From contig CAZFZN010000032.1 in assembly GCA_964523105.1 (NCBI GenBank), forward strand, positions 20,570 through 84,569: a stretch of DNA of 64,000 nucleotides, read 5' to 3'. A program made the translations under genes and the position numbers. The stretch is from an uncultured Akkermansia sp. (GTDB taxonomy: Bacteria; Verrucomicrobiota; Verrucomicrobiia; Verrucomicrobiales; V1-33). Shown here one piece after another: positions 63,004 to 64,000 of this stretch (position 1 is its first letter; every line of letters begins with the position of its first letter). Under the pieces are notes generated by a model that made no database searches, had not been told where the DNA came from, and saw only the letters and a program-made list of their open reading frames with translations.

Positions 63004-64000
63004 CGGGACCGCTCGCGGTGGCGCTGGAGGAAGGGCAGTTGCGCGGCATTTGGCTGGGCGGGCGGCAGGTGGTGCAGCGGATTTACGGTGCGGTGCGGGA
63101 CCGGTTCTGGAACACGGTGCCGGGCAGCCTGACGTATGTGCGCGCAGAGCAGGAAGCGGGCGGATTTCGCGTCACGTTTTCCAGCGAGCATGTGTCGGCG
63201 GAGGTGGATTTCATCTGGCGCGCGGAAATCACGGGCGCGGCGGACGGCACGCTGCGCTATGTGTTCGATGGCGAAGCGCGGCGCAGCATGGCCAAGAACC
63301 GCATCGGGCTGTGCGTGCTGCATCCGCTGTGGCTCGCCGGCAAGCCGTGCCGCGTGGAATATGTGAGCGGCGACCGAGCGACGGTGAATTTCCCAACGCT
63401 GGTGGACCCGATGCAGCCGGTGCGCGGGCTGCATGACTTCCGCGAACTGCGTCATGAGCTGACGGACGGCGTGGAGGCGGTGTGGAGTTTCGAGGGCGAT
63501 GTGTTCGAGATCGAAGATCAGCGGAACTGGACGGATGCGAGTTTCAAAACCTACAGCACGCCGCAGCGCATCCCGATGCCGGCGCTGATGACGGAGGGAC
63601 AGCGCGTGCGCCAGACGGTGACGCTGCGTTTGTCAGGAAACACGGCGGCGCTGGCGGCGGGAACGCCGCGCGCCGAGCAGGAGACGGTGCAGATTTCCAT
63701 CGGCGACAAAACAGGAACGCTGCCGGATTTGGGTACGGGCGTGGCGTATCACGGGGAAGCGCTCACGGAGCGCGAGACGGCGCAGCTGCGCGCGCTGCGG
63801 CTGGCGCATTATCGCGTGGAGGTGGACACTTCGCGGCCCGGCTGGCAGGCGCAGCTGGAGCGCGGGCTGCGCGAGGCGGCGGCGCTGGGCGCGAAGGCGG
63901 AGGTGGTGCTGCCGCTGGCGGACGACGTGGAAACGCTGTGCCAGTCGGCGCGGGAAACGGCGGAGGAGTTTCCTGGAATCGTCGCGCGCTGGCTGATTCT
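62928..64000 (+). CDS. Hypothetical protein, 3' end outside the window (ORF absent from the supplied track because it has no stop in the window)
   Basis: My hand translation from the ATG at 62928 runs with no stop to nt 64000: MADTLSEYLLWHGTDAPPPAPRWLTAGPLAVALEEGQLRGIWLGG...EDQRNWTDASFKTYSTPQ... Wobble positions look GC-rich by eye. Confidence 0.7.
   Translation, partial: MADTLSEYLLWHGTDAPPPAPRWLTAGPLAVALEEGQLRGIWLGGRQVVQRIYGAVRDRFWNTVPGSLTYVRAEQEAGGFRVTFSSEHVSAEVDFIWRAEITGAADGTLRYVFDGEARRSMAKNRIGLCVLHPLWLAGKPCRVEYVSGDRATVNFPTLVDPMQPVRGLHDFRELRHELTDGVEAVWSFEGDVFEIEDQRNWTDASFKTYSTPQRIPMPALMTEGQRVRQTVTLRLSGNTAALAAGTPRAEQETVQISIGDKTGTLPDLGTGVAYHGEALTERETAQLRALRLAHYRVEVDTSRPGWQAQLERGLREAAALGAKAEVVLPLADDVETLCQSARETAEEFPGIVARWLI

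Noticed and set aside
62751-63455. 234-aa minus-strand ORF at the right edge of the TA island
   Set aside because: It is a shadow of the open-ended + strand ORF starting at 62928, which has far more protein-like sequence.

Overview
High-GC bacterial chromosomal segment. The gene content (BatA/DUF58/MoxR modules, a PEP-CTERM protein, secreted prenyltransferase-repeat and FG-GAP proteins) suggests a Verrucomicrobiota- or Planctomycetota-like organism; this is inference only. I call about 55 protein genes. I saw no rRNA, tRNA or CRISPR array by eye. Layout: (1) 0-6.5 kb is a phosphate block: pit fragment, phoU, two tandem pstB genes, pstA, pstC, pstS, and a divergent PAS/DHp-only sensor-like gene. 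(2) 6.5-8.4 kb holds alanine racemase translationally coupled to an archaeal-type phosphopantothenate synthetase. (3) 8.4-24.3 kb is a long minus-strand MoxR - DUF58 - BatA/vWA/PA14 - large membrane protein - giant Q/A-rich DUF4175-like protein - prenyltransferase-repeat operon. It is interrupted by three copies of a 200-240 bp palindromic repeat and by two low-GC inserted ORFs, one of them a kinase-like gene with a frame break. (4) 24.4-28.1 kb holds ykgJ-like, a low-GC orphan gene, an LbH transferase, frr and pyrH. (5) 28.1-32.4 kb is a MoxR-less DUF58 - transglutaminase - methyltransferase module. (6) 32.4-41.2 kb holds secreted proteins, a PEP-CTERM protein, and a second BatA gene separated from a third DUF58 gene by a redox/sulfur/lipid cassette. 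(7) 41.2-60.3 kb is housekeeping: uvrD-like helicase, glyQS, Fe-ADH, FG-GAP protein, FtsX-type permease, 2-hydroxyacid dehydrogenase, M16 peptidase, FHA protein, purL. (8) 60.3-62.9 kb is a small toxin-antitoxin island (hicBA, antitoxin-PIN, orphan hicB plus a decayed hicA) bracketed by direct repeats of the downstream gene's 5' end. An open-ended ORF that is not in the supplied track follows it. Many long ORFs in the track are antisense shadows typical of high-GC DNA. Several are also over-extended at their N-termini, some of them through repeat elements. The most unusual items are the asymmetric PstB pair, the repeat-punctured Bat/MoxR super-operon with its inserted kinase-like gene, the shared AT-rich leader motifs, and the repeat-bracketed TA island.
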